A DNA stretch of 64,000 nucleotides from Octopus vulgaris (lineage: Eukaryota). Numbering within the stretch: position 1 is the stretch's first letter; every line of letters starts with the position of its first letter. The translations under genes and the position numbers were made by a program. The notes under the pieces were generated by a model. The model worked only from the letters and a program-made list of their open reading frames with translations, did no database searches and was not told the origin of the DNA. The stretch lies in the NCBI GenBank assembly GCA_951406725.2, contig OX597830.1, positions 54,932,001-54,996,000 on the forward strand, read 5' to 3'. This document shows positions 1-12,827 of the stretch, piece after piece.

Positions 1-184
1 TGCATGTTGTCGGCGCTGCACCTGTTGCTGTTGTTGTTGCTGGTGTAGTCGCCGATGTTGTTATTGTTGTTGGAGCTGGGGCTGCTGGTGTTGATATCGC
101 TGTAGGTAGTGGTGGCTTCAATAATGTTATCGCTACTATGTACATATATATATTATATATATATTTAAATGTGTGTATATGTAT

Positions 185-420
185 GTGTGTGTTTGTCCCC
201 ACCACTGCACTTGACAATTGCTGTTGGTTTGTGTAATGTAGGGATTCTTCAGCACAAGAGGCTAATAGTCTCTTTCAGAGGAGGGGTTGAGTTATTTTAT
301 TTAAGTACCAAACTTAAATAGAATAAGTAATTGGTTAGATTTCTTCTGTTAAACCCTTCAAAGCTGTGGTGCTCCAGCATGGCTGCAGTCCAAGTACTGA
401 AACAAGAAAAAGATAAAAAA
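185..420 (+). mobile_element. SINE family B, 3' half, decayed
   Basis: Matches the 3' part of the B copies at 19730 and 49906 (ttgacaa..gtgctccagcatggc..actgaaacaag). Confidence 0.7.
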
Positions 421-474
421 ATAATCTTTATGTTTGTGTCTTGATCTTTTAGAAATAATAGATTAAAAACATAC

Positions 475-926
475 ATGCCAGTGGCACTTAAAAGGCACCA
501 TTCGAGCACCGTGCCAGTGGCACTTAAAAGGCACTATTCAAACGTGATCGTTACCAGTGTCGCCTACTGGCACTCGAGCCCCATGCTAATAGGGTATTAA
601 GAGCAACATCTGAGCGTGGCACGTAAAAGACACCATTCGAACGTGATCGTTACCAGCATCTCCTTACTGGCACCTGTGCCGGTGGCATGTGTAAAAGATT
701 TGAGCGGAGTCGTTGCCAGTACCACCTGACTGGCCCCGTGCCAGTGGCATGTAAAAGCACCCACTACACTCTCGGAGTGGTTGCCGTTAGGAAGGGCATC
801 CAGCTGTAGAAACTCTGCCAGATCAAGATTGAAGCCTGGTACAGCCATCTGGTTCGCCAGCCCTTAGTCATTCATCCAACCCATGCTAGCATGGAAAGCG
901 GACGTTAAACGATGATGATGATGATG
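475..926 (+). mobile_element. Family C retroposon with internal tandem repeats and (GAT)n tail
   Basis: Repeated ggcac(g/t)taaaa(g)gcacc units, then ggttg.cgttaggaagggcatccagctgtagaaac..cccatgctagcatggaaagcggacgttaaac(gat)n, shared with more than 10 copies in the window. Confidence 0.8.
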
Positions 927-1006
927 TCGTTAGAGCACTCTGTTTCAAAAGATATATATTGTTATCTTTTACTTAACTCCCTTTTATCATTATTGTCTTC
1001 TTTTTC

Positions 1007-1530
1007 AGGTGTAGCTGTGTGGTAAGAAGTTTGCTTCTAAACCATGTGGTTTTGGGTTCAGTCCCACTGCATTGCACCATGAGCAGATATCTTGTACTAA
1101 GCCTCAGGTCTACTAAGGCCATGTGAGTGTATTTCATAGACAGAAACTGAAGGAAGCCCGTTGTATATGTACATGCCTATGTGTGTTTGTGTGTGTATAT
1201 GTATGAGTGTGTTTGTGTGAGAAAGTATGTGTGTGTGTGTGTGTGTGTCTTTTTGTCTTGACATTGCATGATAATTGTAAATGATCATCACTGTCATATA
1301 AGCAGTGTCGTTCATTTCTAATATTCTGTAAAAACGTATCTAGCCGTGGACAAATATTACCTTGCTTGGAAACACGTGAGTGTTGACGAGAGGAAGGACA
1401 TCTGACCGTAGAAAATCTGCCTCAATAAAACTCCATCTAATTCATGCAAACTGAGAAGAGTGGATGTTAAAATGACAATGCTGATGATAATGATGATGAT
1501 GATAACAACGATGATGATGATGATAATGAT
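1007..1530 (+). mobile_element. Family E SINE (B-type head, different body, (GAT)n tail)
   Basis: Head matches family B; body matches 54440-54670, 60060-60245 and 39380-39830(-). Confidence 0.65.
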
Positions 1531-2016
1531 GATGGTTTTAATTAGGACCTCCTTTTCTTATTACGATTTTATCTCTTATAACCGTAATCTCTTCTTCAAC
1601 AATTATGACCATTCTTTATGATTTTCATCTGACCTAATACCGTTACAACTTTCTTATATATTTTATGATCTTTTTTATATCTATGGCTTTTCTTTAAGTT
1701 TATGACCTTTGACCTATTGTTGATGTCATGTCTTTTGTTTATGATAATGACCTTTCTTTATGATTATGATTTTCTTTTTGTGATTGTGACTCATGATCAT
1801 CATCATCACCACAACCACTACCATTGTCATCATAATCAACATCATTATCATCATCATTGTCATTACCGTCATCATCATCATCATCATCATCACCATCATG
1901 TATAGTTTTTGCTCATTTTTGTTGTCTTATGTAAGCTGTTGTTGTGGTGGTTGTTGTTGCTGTAATTGTTCTTGTTATTGCTGTTGTTATGGTTGTTATT
2001 ATTATTGTTATTGTTT

Positions 2017-2228
2017 AGGCGGCAAGCTGGTAGAATCATTAGCATGCCAGGCAAAATGCCTAGTGGTATTTCATCCACTTTTATGTTCTGAGTTCAAATT
2101 CTGCTGGGGTTGACTTTACTTTTCATCCTTTTGGAATCGATAAAATAAGTACCAGTTGAACACTGGGGTTAATGTAATCAACTTTCCTCTCCTCTGAAAT
2201 TGCAGGCCTTGTGCCAAAATTTGAAACC
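2017..2228 (+). mobile_element. SINE family A
   Basis: ggcggc.agctgg.agaa..gagttcaaatt (B-box-like)..tttcatcc....gataaaataagtaccag, shared with many copies. Confidence 0.8.
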
Positions 2229-2310
2229 ATTATTATTGTTTTTGTTGTTGATGTTATTGGGATTGTTTGAGTGTTATTATCATTTTGTGGTTGTTATTAC
2301 TATTATTATA

Positions 2311-2525
2311 AAGGCAGTGAGCTAGCATAATCATTAGCATGCCAGGCGAAATGCTGTAAGCATTTCACCTATCTTTACATTCTGAGTTCAAATTCCGCTG
2401 AGGTTGACTTTGCCTTTCATCCTTATAGGGTCAATAAAATAAGTACCAGCTGAATATTGGGGTCGATGTAATTGACTTATCCCTTCCCCCAAACTTGCTG
2501 GCCTTGTGCCCAAAATTTGAAATCG
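2311..2525 (+). mobile_element. SINE family A
   Basis: Second tandem copy with the same motifs. Confidence 0.8.
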
Positions 2526-2539
2526 TTATTACGATTATT

Positions 2540-2880
2540 CTCATCAACTTTTTCATGTTTCACTTGAAAAGGAAAGTGAGGATGGAGAGAGAAGTGTTCT
2601 CCCCCACCAGCAATTTTCTTGAAAGGTGGATGAATATCGTAAGAATGGTTCGAGTGAATGGGCCTCTAAACATGCACCTGTAGATGATGTGGAGAAGGTA
2701 TTTGCCCTAGTGGTCAATGAGCAGACAGTCTCCTTCTTTTGGGGAATTATTCTTTGTTAAAATTTTCTATTTTTGAAATTTTTACTTTTTTACATGCCTT
2801 TTATGTTACCTCACATTGTATTGTCCTCTACTGTCCCCAGTTTATTTTTGTGAACCCTTAGTGGTTAATGAAGAAAACAT
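2540..2880 (+). mobile_element. 3' end of a Tx1/L1-like non-LTR retrotransposon
   Basis: LINFFMFHLKRKVRMERE..FLERWMN resembles Tx1-clade ORF2 C-termini; followed by a T-rich 3' UTR. Confidence 0.45.
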
Positions 2881-2904
2881 TATTATTTTTATCATTATTA
2901 TTAT

Positions 2905-3445
2905 TTCTCTTTATCATAGGTTTTATCAGTGCTCCTGGAGTCTTGCATGTACAGTGGGCTGGCTACCTAATGCCTACGGTACCATGCTATCTGGGGTTTT
3001 TTTCCAGCTATCTAATACTTTCCTGATTATTCTGGCCATGCCAAGGAGGCAAACCTTTTGTAACAGTTCTACAGGGCACTCTATTCCAATTACCTTTATA
3101 TTCCTGTTTGATGACTTCTGATACTGTTCCCAAAGACCCAACAATAATTGGCACTATTTTCACCTTCTTCATTGTCCATAGCTGGGCTATTTTGTACTTA
3201 AGAGGGTTGTATTTCTCTATCTTTTCGTTTTCCTTCTTGACTATACGTGGGTCAAAGGGGCATGCAACATCAATTATATATCATATGTGGTACACCTTGT
3301 CCACCACCACTAGGTTCAGTCTGTTATGCTCTAACACCTGATCTATTTGGATTGGGAAATCCCAGAGGATTTTGCTAGTCTCCAACTCCGCCACTCTCTG
3401 CGGGTTGTGCTCATACCATGTCTTGCCTCTCTCTAGCCTCCACCT
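2905..3445 (-). mobile_element. R4/Dong-clade retrotransposon 3' fragment (RLE domain)
   Basis: WYEHNP..KILWDFPIQ.D..EHNR..VVVDK..IIDVACPFD..KENEKIEKY..LW..VPIIVGSLG..LQKVCLLGMARIIRKVL; (TAA)n-like tracts on both sides. Confidence 0.85.
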
Positions 3446-3452
3446 ATTATTG

Positions 3453-3496
<44 letters not shown>

Positions 3497-4000
3497 GAGT
3501 GAGAGAGCAGTGCATGCCATCAAAGTGACACTGGGGTACAAATATACGAAGCCCAGTATACCCATCATGACTACCCGTCTGATAATGGTACACCAGGCAC
3601 ATGCATCACAACCATATGTGCGCGACATGGTGATCTCATAACAAGATAAACAGTGCATGACCTTGCGGGTGGGGCCCAGTTAGAATTTTCTTCTGGTTGG
3701 GTAACCCATCCTACTCAAAAGGTCCCTGATTAAGGGTTGTTTAAGGATGTTGAATGAAACACCCATGTTTCCAGAGGTGAATTATTCAAACCCCAAAGAA
3801 TCCCTCTCAACACATGGCTATGATGCTCCTCCACTACTTCTACTCGTGATCAGAGATGCACATATCGTCAGCCACTAAGGGACATGCTCAACTGGTTATG
3901 GTCAAACAACTGACAAGCAAATCTGTATATTGAGCAGAATATTTGCTGTAGCCCATCTTTTTATACCTAGACAAAACAATGTACATGATAACACTTCCAG
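3497..4000 (-). mobile_element. Unclassified element ending in (TAA)n, probable retroelement 3' region
   Basis: Complex sequence terminating directly in the (TAA)n tract next to the Dong fragment; single copy here. Confidence 0.3.
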
Positions 4001-4560
4001 GCCTATGCTAGGGGTGTAACCAGTCCAATTATGCGTGCCTTTCTTCAATGGACACTAAACTCTGCTTGCGAAGACCAGTTGAGGCAAGTGAAATCGAAGT
4101 CGAAATCAAACTTGGTGACTGGCATCCGTTGCTAGTGGAGCACTAAGAGTACCATACGAGTGAGATTGTTGCCAGAGCAACAAGCTGGCCTTCGTGCCAA
4201 TGGCACATTAAACACACCACTCGAGCATGATTGTTACCGCGTCGCCTTACTAGCACTTGAGCTGGTGACATGTGAAATATTCGAGTGAGGTCGTCGCCAG
4301 TGCCACTAGACTGGCACCTGTGCAGGTGGCACATAAAAAGCACCATTTGGGCATGGTCATTGCCAGTACCACCAAACTGGCACTCATGCTGGTGGCACAT
4401 AAAAGCACCCACTACACTCTCGGAGTGGTTGGCATTAGGAAGGGCATCCAACTGTAGAAACTCTGCCAAATCAGATTGGAGTTTGGTTTGCCAGTCTTCA
4501 GTCAAATCGTCCAACCCATGCTAGCATGGAAAGCGGACATTAAATGATGATGATGATGAT
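4000..4560 (+). mobile_element. Family C retroposon, longer copy
   Basis: Internal repeats plus ggaagggcatcc motif and (GAT)n tail; 5' part shared with 58490-58590. Confidence 0.8.
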
Positions 4561-5417
4561 TATTATTATAGCTGTAGTTATAATAGCCCTTGTTTTTTTT
4601 GTTTCATTATGTTAGTCTTGTTTACACACAAAACCCTCACAACAACACACACTCACACACTCACACACATTCTTTGCTTTGTCCTGTTCTGTCTCTTGTG
4701 ATTAAATAAAGAAATCATTATTATTGTAATTATTGATATTGTCATTGCTGTCGTTACCATAGTTATTAGGGTCGTTGTTATTGTTAAGAGTTGTTGTTGT
4801 TGTTGTTGCTCTTGTTGCTTTTGTCCAGTAAAACGACAACCTTTATCCAGTAGACTTATAATCAAAGGCGTTTCCAGCCATGACTCTCCCATCTTTTTTT
4901 CTTTCCTAAATGCACTGAATATAGAAGTACATTATCCAGCGTATCAACCGAGCAGCCACATATAAGCTTCCTGCACATTTTTAAATTCATTTATTGGTGT
5001 ATTGATTTATTCCTAATAGCAATTGATTTTTATTTTTTTACAGCTAGACGGACAGACATCACCCCTTCCTCCCATAACAGACCACACAGTTATAAAGTAA
5101 AGGGTGGGGAAACTGGGTTCTAACATGATAGTGAATTGGAAGAGTCATCATTAGAGCATCAGACAGAATGCTTCACAATGTTTATTTTGATGCTCTGCTT
5201 CCTGAGTTCAAAACCCACTGCACTCAACTTTATCTTTTATTTTCTCAGAGTCAATAAAAAAAAGGTACTAATCCAAAGCAGTGGATTGGTGGAACAGTAA
5301 AAACATCAGACTGAGTGTCATGTGGCACTTATCATGACTGTTTCCCTTCTGAGTTCAAATCCCACTATGGCCTACTAGGGTGATAGACTTAATTATTCAC
5401 TTACTTTAGTACCAATT

Positions 5418-5590
5418 CTTATTTCTTTATTGCCCACAAGGGGCTAAACATAGAGGGGACAAACAAGGACAGACAAAGGGATTAAGTCAATTACATCGAC
5501 TCCAGTGCATAACTGGTACTTAATTTATTGACTCCGAAAGGATGAAAGGCAAAGTCGACCTCGGCAGAATTTGAACTCAGAACGTAATGG
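5418..5590 (-). mobile_element. SINE family A, 5'-truncated, 14-bp TSD
   Basis: ctttagtaccaatt at 5404-5417 and 5591-5604. Confidence 0.85.
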
Positions 5591-5644
5591 CTTTAGTACC
5601 AATTTTTGACGCCTTAGGTGACTTTGGTTAGTCCACATTACTCA

Positions 5645-5795
5645 TTATGGAGAATAGGGCCAGCTTCTCAGTTTCTCTGATGTATATATATTCCATCCAG
5701 GATGACACACCAGTCTGTTGCAGGATTACTCATTTTTGCCAGCTGAGTGGACTGGAGAAATGTGAAGTGATGTGTTTTGCTCAAGAGCACAAATA
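5645..5795 (-). mobile_element. SINE family F fragment
   Basis: ggattactcatttttgccagctgagtggactggag identical to 45501-45535. Confidence 0.7.
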
Positions 5796-6154
5796 AGGCA
5801 GGATTGATAGAGCCTTGTGGTATTTGTTTCAACTCATTGCATACACTGAGCTTAAATCCTGCTAATACCAACATTGCTTTCCATTCTCTTGGGGTTGATA
5901 TATATAATTTTGGTGTTGCTAGGAGTCTGCCTCTTCTTGGATGTCAGACCCCACCTCCTTAGAGTGTTGAGTGAGGTGCCTTGTAGTATTGGTTCTGCTT
6001 CTTTTTATTTTGAGTTCATGTTATGCAGGGAAACTATTGGCCACCATAGAAAGGGGTTGGAACCCTACCATGCACACACCTGCAGAATGAAGTTGCTTTG
6101 GTAACTTACTTGGGAAGGGGTTGTGGATTTCTCTCATTGTCAGAAATTTCCAAG

Positions 6155-6485
6155 GCACCTCTTGGATCTCCAAGTCCACCTTTGAATCTCAAGACCCTTC
6201 CTTGGGTCTACAGGACCATATTTTATCTCTTGGCTTCTCCTTGGATATCTGACCCCTCCTTGATCTCCTAGCTCCTCTTTGGATCTTCAGATGTCATGAT
6301 GTCATATTGATTTTTTTTGTGTCACATCTTGGATCTTCAGGCCCTTCATCAAATCTCCTCCCACTACTGAATCTTTGGGCTCTTCCTTGGATCTCAAGAC
6401 TCCTCCTTAGATCACCAAGCCACTCTTTGAATCTTCAAGGCTTGTCCTGGATCTTCAGGTCCCTCCTTACATCCTAGGGTCCCAG
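6155..6485. repeat. Degenerate ~20-bp minisatellite (cctccttggatct...)
   Basis: ttggatct/ttgaatct core recurs about every 20 bp. Confidence 0.7.
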
Positions 6486-7469
6486 TTGACCCTCCCTTCT
6501 TATATGTCCTACCTGTAGTTAACCATAGATAATGCTAGAATGATCCTTGATATTAAACTTGCTGAGATCAGACAATACATGATGGTGATAAGACCACAGC
6601 TAAATCCTTCACCCTCTGTTGCTCATGTCTGTCATCTTCTAACAACTTATTCTTTTTATCCAACTTCAGTGAAATAAAATAAAATATTGATTGTTGACTA
6701 TTTGTGCTTTTATATCCAATTATTCACATGTGTTAACATGACTGGAATAGTTCCTACAAACTTAGCTCATTTGCATATTGATTTAGCTCATTTGCATATT
6801 GTCCGATTAATTTTTATTTCACTGATTGATCATCGGCTTTCCTACAGCTGTGTCTTACTATTGAGCTATGGTCTTGTAAACAATGACAACAACAACCACA
6901 CCACTGCCACGAACAACAACAGTGATGACAGCAAGAACGACAATAGTTTCATGAGTGTACATTGACCATTTTAAGTCATCTATTCTAATTCCATTCTCAT
7001 CAAGGATATTTAATAGGAGCATTAAAGTTAGACGTATTATAATTAAGCTGATCTTTTGCTTTTCAAAAATGTAAGTGAAATCAAAAATCAACCACCCAGC
7101 TACCATAAAAAATTCTTTCAACAAGAGACCAAATAAAAAATACAAGAGAATTAAGCAATGAAAGAAAGGGTGGAAAGAGGGTAACAGACTGTACACCCCA
7201 GTCTGAACAGCGTCCAACTGCACCTCACAGACATAATAGCAAAAGTGTTACCATGAAGAATAGCCATCAGCACTCACGACTTATAATTGAAACAGTCACT
7301 TATAAATGAGCACCGATATTTGACTGGTGGTTTATTTTATCAGCTCTGGAAGGATGAAAGGCAAAGTTGACTTCGGTTGGGTTTAAAAGCAAAACAAAGC
7401 ATTGTAGTTGAATACCACAAGGTATTTTATTTTACAGTCTAATGATTCTGAAAATGAAAAATTATTTGT

Positions 7470-7975
7470 TCTTTATAAATGACACATACATGTTCTGAAA
7501 CATACTTTATAAATGCTACAAACGCTCATACTTTATAAATCACACACAACTTTATAAACAGCACATACATACTTTATGAATAACATATGCACATATTATA
7601 AATGACGCATATTATAAATGACGCAATGGCGGTGCCCCAGCATGGCTACAGCTCGTGAGCTGAAACTAGAATCAATCAATCAATACCTTATAAACAGTAC
7701 ACATACATACTTTATTACACATGCCTACTTCAAAAAATTGTACATGCATACTTTATGAATGATGCATGCATACCTTATAAATGACACATAAAACTTTATA
7801 AACAGCAAATAATACTTTATAAAGGACACACGTTTTATAAATGTTACATACATACTTTATAAATAGTACATATACACTTTATAAAAGGCACATATGTATA
7901 TTATAAACAGTGCATATATACTTTATAAATAAAACACACATGTTCTGGCACATAAAACTTTGTAAAAGACATAAT
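7470..7975. repeat. Degenerate ~25-bp minisatellite (actttataaa...) with a SINE tail inserted at ~7625-7684
   Basis: Many ctttataaa/attataaa units; insert ggcggtgccccagcatggc..gaaactagaa(tcaa)n. Confidence 0.7.
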
Positions 7976-8014
7976 AATTTAGGAGACCCTACAGCAGATT
8001 ACAAGTACTCATAA

Positions 8015-8170
8015 CATCGTTTAATGTCTGCTTTCCATGCTAGCATGGGTTGGACAGTTTGACGGTGGGCTGGCAAACTAGATGGCTGCACCAGGCTCCA
8101 GTCTTGATCTGGCAGAGTTTCTACAGCTGGATGCCCTTCCTAACGCCAACCACTCTGAGGGCGTAGTCTC
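8015..8170 (-). mobile_element. Family C 3' fragment
   Basis: ttccatgctagcatgggttgga..ggatgcccttcctaacgccaacc. Confidence 0.8.
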
Positions 8171-8555
8171 CGAGAGTGTATTATTTATATTATTATATAC
8201 ATACATACATATATATATGTATGTATACATATGTGTGTGCTAATGTGTCTTTGTGTTTGTGTTTTGCCCCCACTACTGCTTAACAACTGGTGTTGGTGTG
8301 TTTATATCCCATAACTAGGTGGTTCACCAAAAGAAATCAAAAGACTAAGCCTCAAGCTTAAAAAAACACATAAGGGGTTGATTCATTCCATAAATACTAT
8401 CTGCAATTCTGTATCGACTCGAATGGGAAAATGGTGTCGCTCAAGAAGGACTTCAGTTTGAACAATTTTCATGATGTTCCATATTCAGATGCTTTTATTA
8501 AATTCACTCAGTTGTTAAACATAAATAAATCTTGGAATTAAATGGTTTTGATTTA

Positions 8556-8582
8556 CTGTCGGGTGACTTTTGGCCAACCCTG
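8556..8582. mobile_element. Lone Tc1/mariner-like TIR
   Basis: ctgtcgggtgacttttggccaaccctg next to TA-rich flank (revcomp starts CAGGGT); no partner TIR seen. Confidence 0.35.
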
Positions 8583-9087
8583 AATATATATTTATATATC
8601 CATTTTTATTTTGTTGTTTTACTTTTAATAAGCAATTTATTTGGTTTATATATTTTTATAGTATTGAACATATTTCCATAGATATTGATCTAAGCTTGTC
8701 CTTTTGATTGTATATTGTTCAAGGACATTGTTTATGAGATATAGAGTTCCAGTAGTCTTTATTCAGCTTGCTTTTTGTGTGATATGACGTTTGTGATGTG
8801 ATGTACATTGAGAAACAATGTATCAAGTATAGTCTATGTTTGTTGTATTGTCTGAATATCCATTTTAGAATAAGTCCTTTGTTTTATTAGTACTATTTTG
8901 TAACTAAAAATTAATTCTGTTTGTTTACTTTGATGTGTTGCTACTTGTAGTAATAAGCTGGAGAATTCCCAGGCGGTGCTTATATTTTTAACACTGTTGA
9001 CCCCACCAGATTCTGTGGAATTGCCCAGGTGTTGGGATCATAGTGACATCCATCTGGCAGCTGATGATGGTTACACACGATGTTTAA

Positions 9088-9270
9088 TTCTCTTTTACTC
9101 TTTTATCTTTTACTTGTTTCAGTCATTTGACTGCAGCCATGCTGGAGCACCGCTGCTAGTCAAGCAAATCAACCCCAGGACTTATTCTTTGTAAGCCTAG
9201 TACTTATTTTATTGGTCTCTTTTGCCAAACCGCTAGGTTGTCAAGCAATGTTGGAGAGACAAACACAGAA

Positions 9271-9306
<36 letters not shown>

Positions 9307-9484
9307 CTATCTATATATATATACATATATACGATGTTTCCGTCTACCAAATCCACTCACAAGGCTTTGGTCGACCTGAGGCTATAGTAAAAGACACTTG
9401 CACAAGGTGCCACACAGTGGGACTGAACCTGGAACCATGTGGTTTGTAAGCAAGCTACTTACCACAGAGCCACTCCTGCGCCTA
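9088..9484 (-). mobile_element. SINE family B, full length (tRNA-like head, CORE-like ccttgggcaagt segment)
   Basis: Collinear with 19730-20127 and 60963-61357; internal (CA)n/(TA)n; tail (aaagagt)n. Confidence 0.9.
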
Positions 9485-9574
9485 TAATTGTGAATTGTTA
9501 TATCTTAGTCTTATTATTCTGAGTTGTCCTTCATTCTTGTGCCATATATATTTATACACACACACACACACATA

Positions 9575-9622
9575 TGATAGTCTGATGAAGACAAACAAGC
9601 CAAAACTTTGAAGTCACTGTCA
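9575..9622 (+). ncRNA. Decayed type-I hammerhead ribozyme motif
   Basis: tgatagt CTGATGA a gac-aaacaa-gcc AAAA ctttgaag TC actgtca; G12 lost (CpG-type change). Confidence 0.65.
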
Positions 9623-9739
9623 ACCTTTTTCTCATAAAAGTTTGATAAACATATATTCTACTAAAAGAACTGAGTAATCTGTCATTTTAATGTTAAATTG
9701 TTTTTATATATATTACTTGTCATGAAAACAAATATTAAT

Positions 9740-9741
<2 letters not shown>

Positions 9742-9816
<75 letters not shown>

Positions 9817-9935
9817 GTGTGTGTATGTATGTGTGTGTGTGTGTGTGTGTATGTGTGTATGTATGTATGTATGTGTGTGTATGTGTGTATGTATGTATGT
9901 ATGTATGTATGTATGTATGTATGTATGTATGTATA
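9742..9935. repeat. (TG)n/(TATG)n microsatellite
   Basis: Direct reading. Confidence 0.95.
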
Positions 9936-12036
9936 CATGGGCTATTGCAATAATAATAATAATAATGAATGGTTGAAAGTTTCAGCAGGAGAGTTCTGCC
10001 ATGAATGGTTTAAGAGTTCTCTAACAAACACCGATGTCATTTGATCATATTAGTGTCATGACCTTTACCAGTTCCATTGATAATAAATAAAATAACATAT
10101 AACATAATATATTAATATAATATATACATAATATGTATATATAAGCACATATGCATACATACACGCATGTGCACACACACTTACACATACACGCAGACAC
10201 ACACACACACATGCATGCATGCACACAAAACTGTCTGTGTCCAAATTCTTGAATAAAACATTTACTTCTTCTAAGCACTGCCATCAAATATGAAAGCACA
10301 AACTAGTTTTAATCTTGTTTTTTTTATATTTATTTTTATTTTCATTTTGATACCATTATTCATCCCACTTACCCTCCAATCCTCCCACCTCCTTGGACTG
10401 AACTTACAAAAACAAAAAAAAATTCTGGTGATAGGTTTTGCTTTTTTGTTCTTTATTCTGCCTTTTTTTAATTTTACTTATTTTACTTTATCTATTTATT
10501 AATTTAATTTTTTTGCTATTTCTGAAAGGAATTCATTCAGAACAGACCAAATGACTTATTCATGAAAATGAATGGAATAATAAGGAATAAGATGACAAGA
10601 AGGTTTTTGCATAAATCATTCCAGTTTTTGATTCAAACCAAACAATATTACGTCAGCCTTCGGCAGAAAAATGAATTTGTCAAATTCTTCGACAAGCAAC
10701 AATTGGCTTTTTGTTCAAAGTATTACTGCTATGGTACTTGCTGGTGATATGCAGAAAGGGTGACCTCTAACCCCTACTAGGCATTACTGAATGGGACAAG
10801 CTGATAAGATCTCTTTGACAATAATGGTAATTATTTCTGACATTCTCAGAAGGATACAAATTACAAGGGAGGATTTCATACAATTTGTACAAATTCTGTA
10901 CCCTATTATAAATGATTTTATCACACTAACATTCCTCACCGCAACCAACTCTGATTTGAAATGGTAAAAGAAAAAATTGACCTTGATTCTGGAAGGATTT
11001 GAACTCAGGGTGCAAAAGAATGTAAGGTATTTATTTAGTCTGATAGATTTGACCAAAAATACTCTCCATGCTTTGTCGGTTTGACACAGTCTACACAATT
11101 TATCAGCTATGCTTAGTCTATGAGTGTGTGTGTGTGTGTGTGTGCAAACCCCCTTCGGTTGTGAATGACAATGAGATTGCACCTAGATATTTTCACTCCA
11201 AGGCACACAAGTCCAGGCAAAGTTGTTTATGGAAGACCAGCATTCACCCATGAATACCAGCCTCCCCTCTTCATGCCACCAATGTTATCCAAGTATCCAA
11301 GGGAAAGGCAAAGACCAATACAGCTTAGAACCAGTGATGTCACAACTCATTTCTACAGCTGAATGAACTGGAGTTATGTGAAATAAAGTATCTTACTCAA
11401 GACACAGCTTCAGTGAGATTTGAACTCAGGACCTATATGACCATAACGTAATACTACAGATGGTTATTCAGATTTAGACCCTACCATTTCTGTTGATTTA
11501 TTCTCCCTCATTCCATCGTCTATCCCACAAGAAGAAAAAATATTCAAAAAAAAAAACCCATGAAATTTTCAAAAATTAAATCAACTCTTTTGTTTCAGAA
11601 ACTAAATAATTTGTTGGAAACTTCCTTCTTTCTTTCTTTCTTTCTTTCTTTTTTTTTTTTTTATCAGAAGAATTTCTAGAAATTTCTGAAGCTAAAAAAA
11701 AAAAAAAAACAAATTCAGTAACAAAACGAAACGAAAAACAAAGGAAAAAGAACATCTTTCCTAATCAATATTTTTTTCATTATTGACAATTATTGATGAG
11801 TTTTATTTTCGGAAGCAGTTTAAAGCTGTTTACTACAGTTTTGTCGTCGATCTCTATGTTTAAGTGCAGTGTGTTACAACAACAGAACAAATAGCAGTGT
11901 TTTAATGTATCTACATATATATATATATGTGTGAATGAAAAGATGTTGTAGGAGTATCTTTTTATCATTTCAATTCTGTTTGCTTCAGTTACTGGACCGT
12001 GGTCATACTGGAGCACATGCCTTGAAGGGCTTAGCC

Positions 12037-12668
12037 TAGTGGTTCCCAACCAGTTTTTGCCTCTGGGTCACTTTGATTCCTATTTTATTCTAACTGGACC
12101 CTCATAGCCATTTGATGTGTATAAAAAAAATCCTACTGTATTTTTATATTATCAGGAATTTATTTTTTATCATTTATTTGTTTCAGTCATTAGACTGTGG
12201 CCATGCTGGGGCACTGCTTTGGAGAACTTTAAGTCAAATGAATCAACCCCAGTGCTTATTTTCTAAACCTGGTACTTATTTTATCAGTTTCTTTTGCTGA
12301 GCCACTAAGTTATGGAGGCATAAACACACCAGCACTGGTTGTTAAGTGGTGGGGGACAAACGCAGACACACACACACACAAACACACAAACCAGGCTTCT
12401 TTTAGTTTCTGTCAACTAAATCTACTCACAATGTTTTGGTTGGCCTGAGGCTATAGTAGAAGATACTTGCCCAAGGTACCATGTAGTGGGACTGAACCTA
12501 AAACCATGCAGTTGAGAAGCAAGCTTCTTACCACAGAGCCATGCCACATAAAAAATTAAAGTATTTTGTGTATTGTAGAAGTATAAGCAATTTATTACTC
12601 ATAAATTTTAATAACAAAATCCTGTATGGACCTCCAAGTGCCATATGGACCCCAGCTGATAACCACTG
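12037..12668 (-). mobile_element. hAT (Charlie-like) MITE, inserted in an older SINE B and interrupted by another SINE B
   Basis: TIRs tagtggttcccaac / gctgataaccactg; decayed 8-bp TSD gcttagcc/gtttaatc; body matches 19038 and 20259 copies. Confidence 0.75.
12165..12546 (-). mobile_element. SINE family B, older variant, nested in the hAT MITE
   Basis: gtttcagtcattagactgtggccatgctggggcac..cttgcccaaggt..gggactgaacc. Confidence 0.85.
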
Positions 12669-12686
12669 GTTTAATCAAACAAATCT

Positions 12687-12810
12687 GTTACCTAGGTAAC
12701 CTGATTACCTCTGGTGGTATCGTAGCCTGAGTAAAAACAAGCTGGGGAGAGTTCAGAGATTTAATGGTAACAAAAGGTTTCTCTCTCAGAATGAAAGGCA
12801 GACTGTAATG
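12687..12810 (+). mobile_element. RTE-clade ORF fragment (post-RT region)
   Basis: YLGNLITSGG..VKTSWGEFRDL..TKGFSLRMKGRL with deletions. Confidence 0.55.
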
Positions 12811-12827
12811 TACAAACTGCAGGCCTA

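Noticed and set aside
475-760. CRISPR-like repeat-spacer look of family C units, and of 6155 and 7470
   Set aside because: Repeats are degenerate, spacers are related to each other, context is eukaryotic and there are no cas genes
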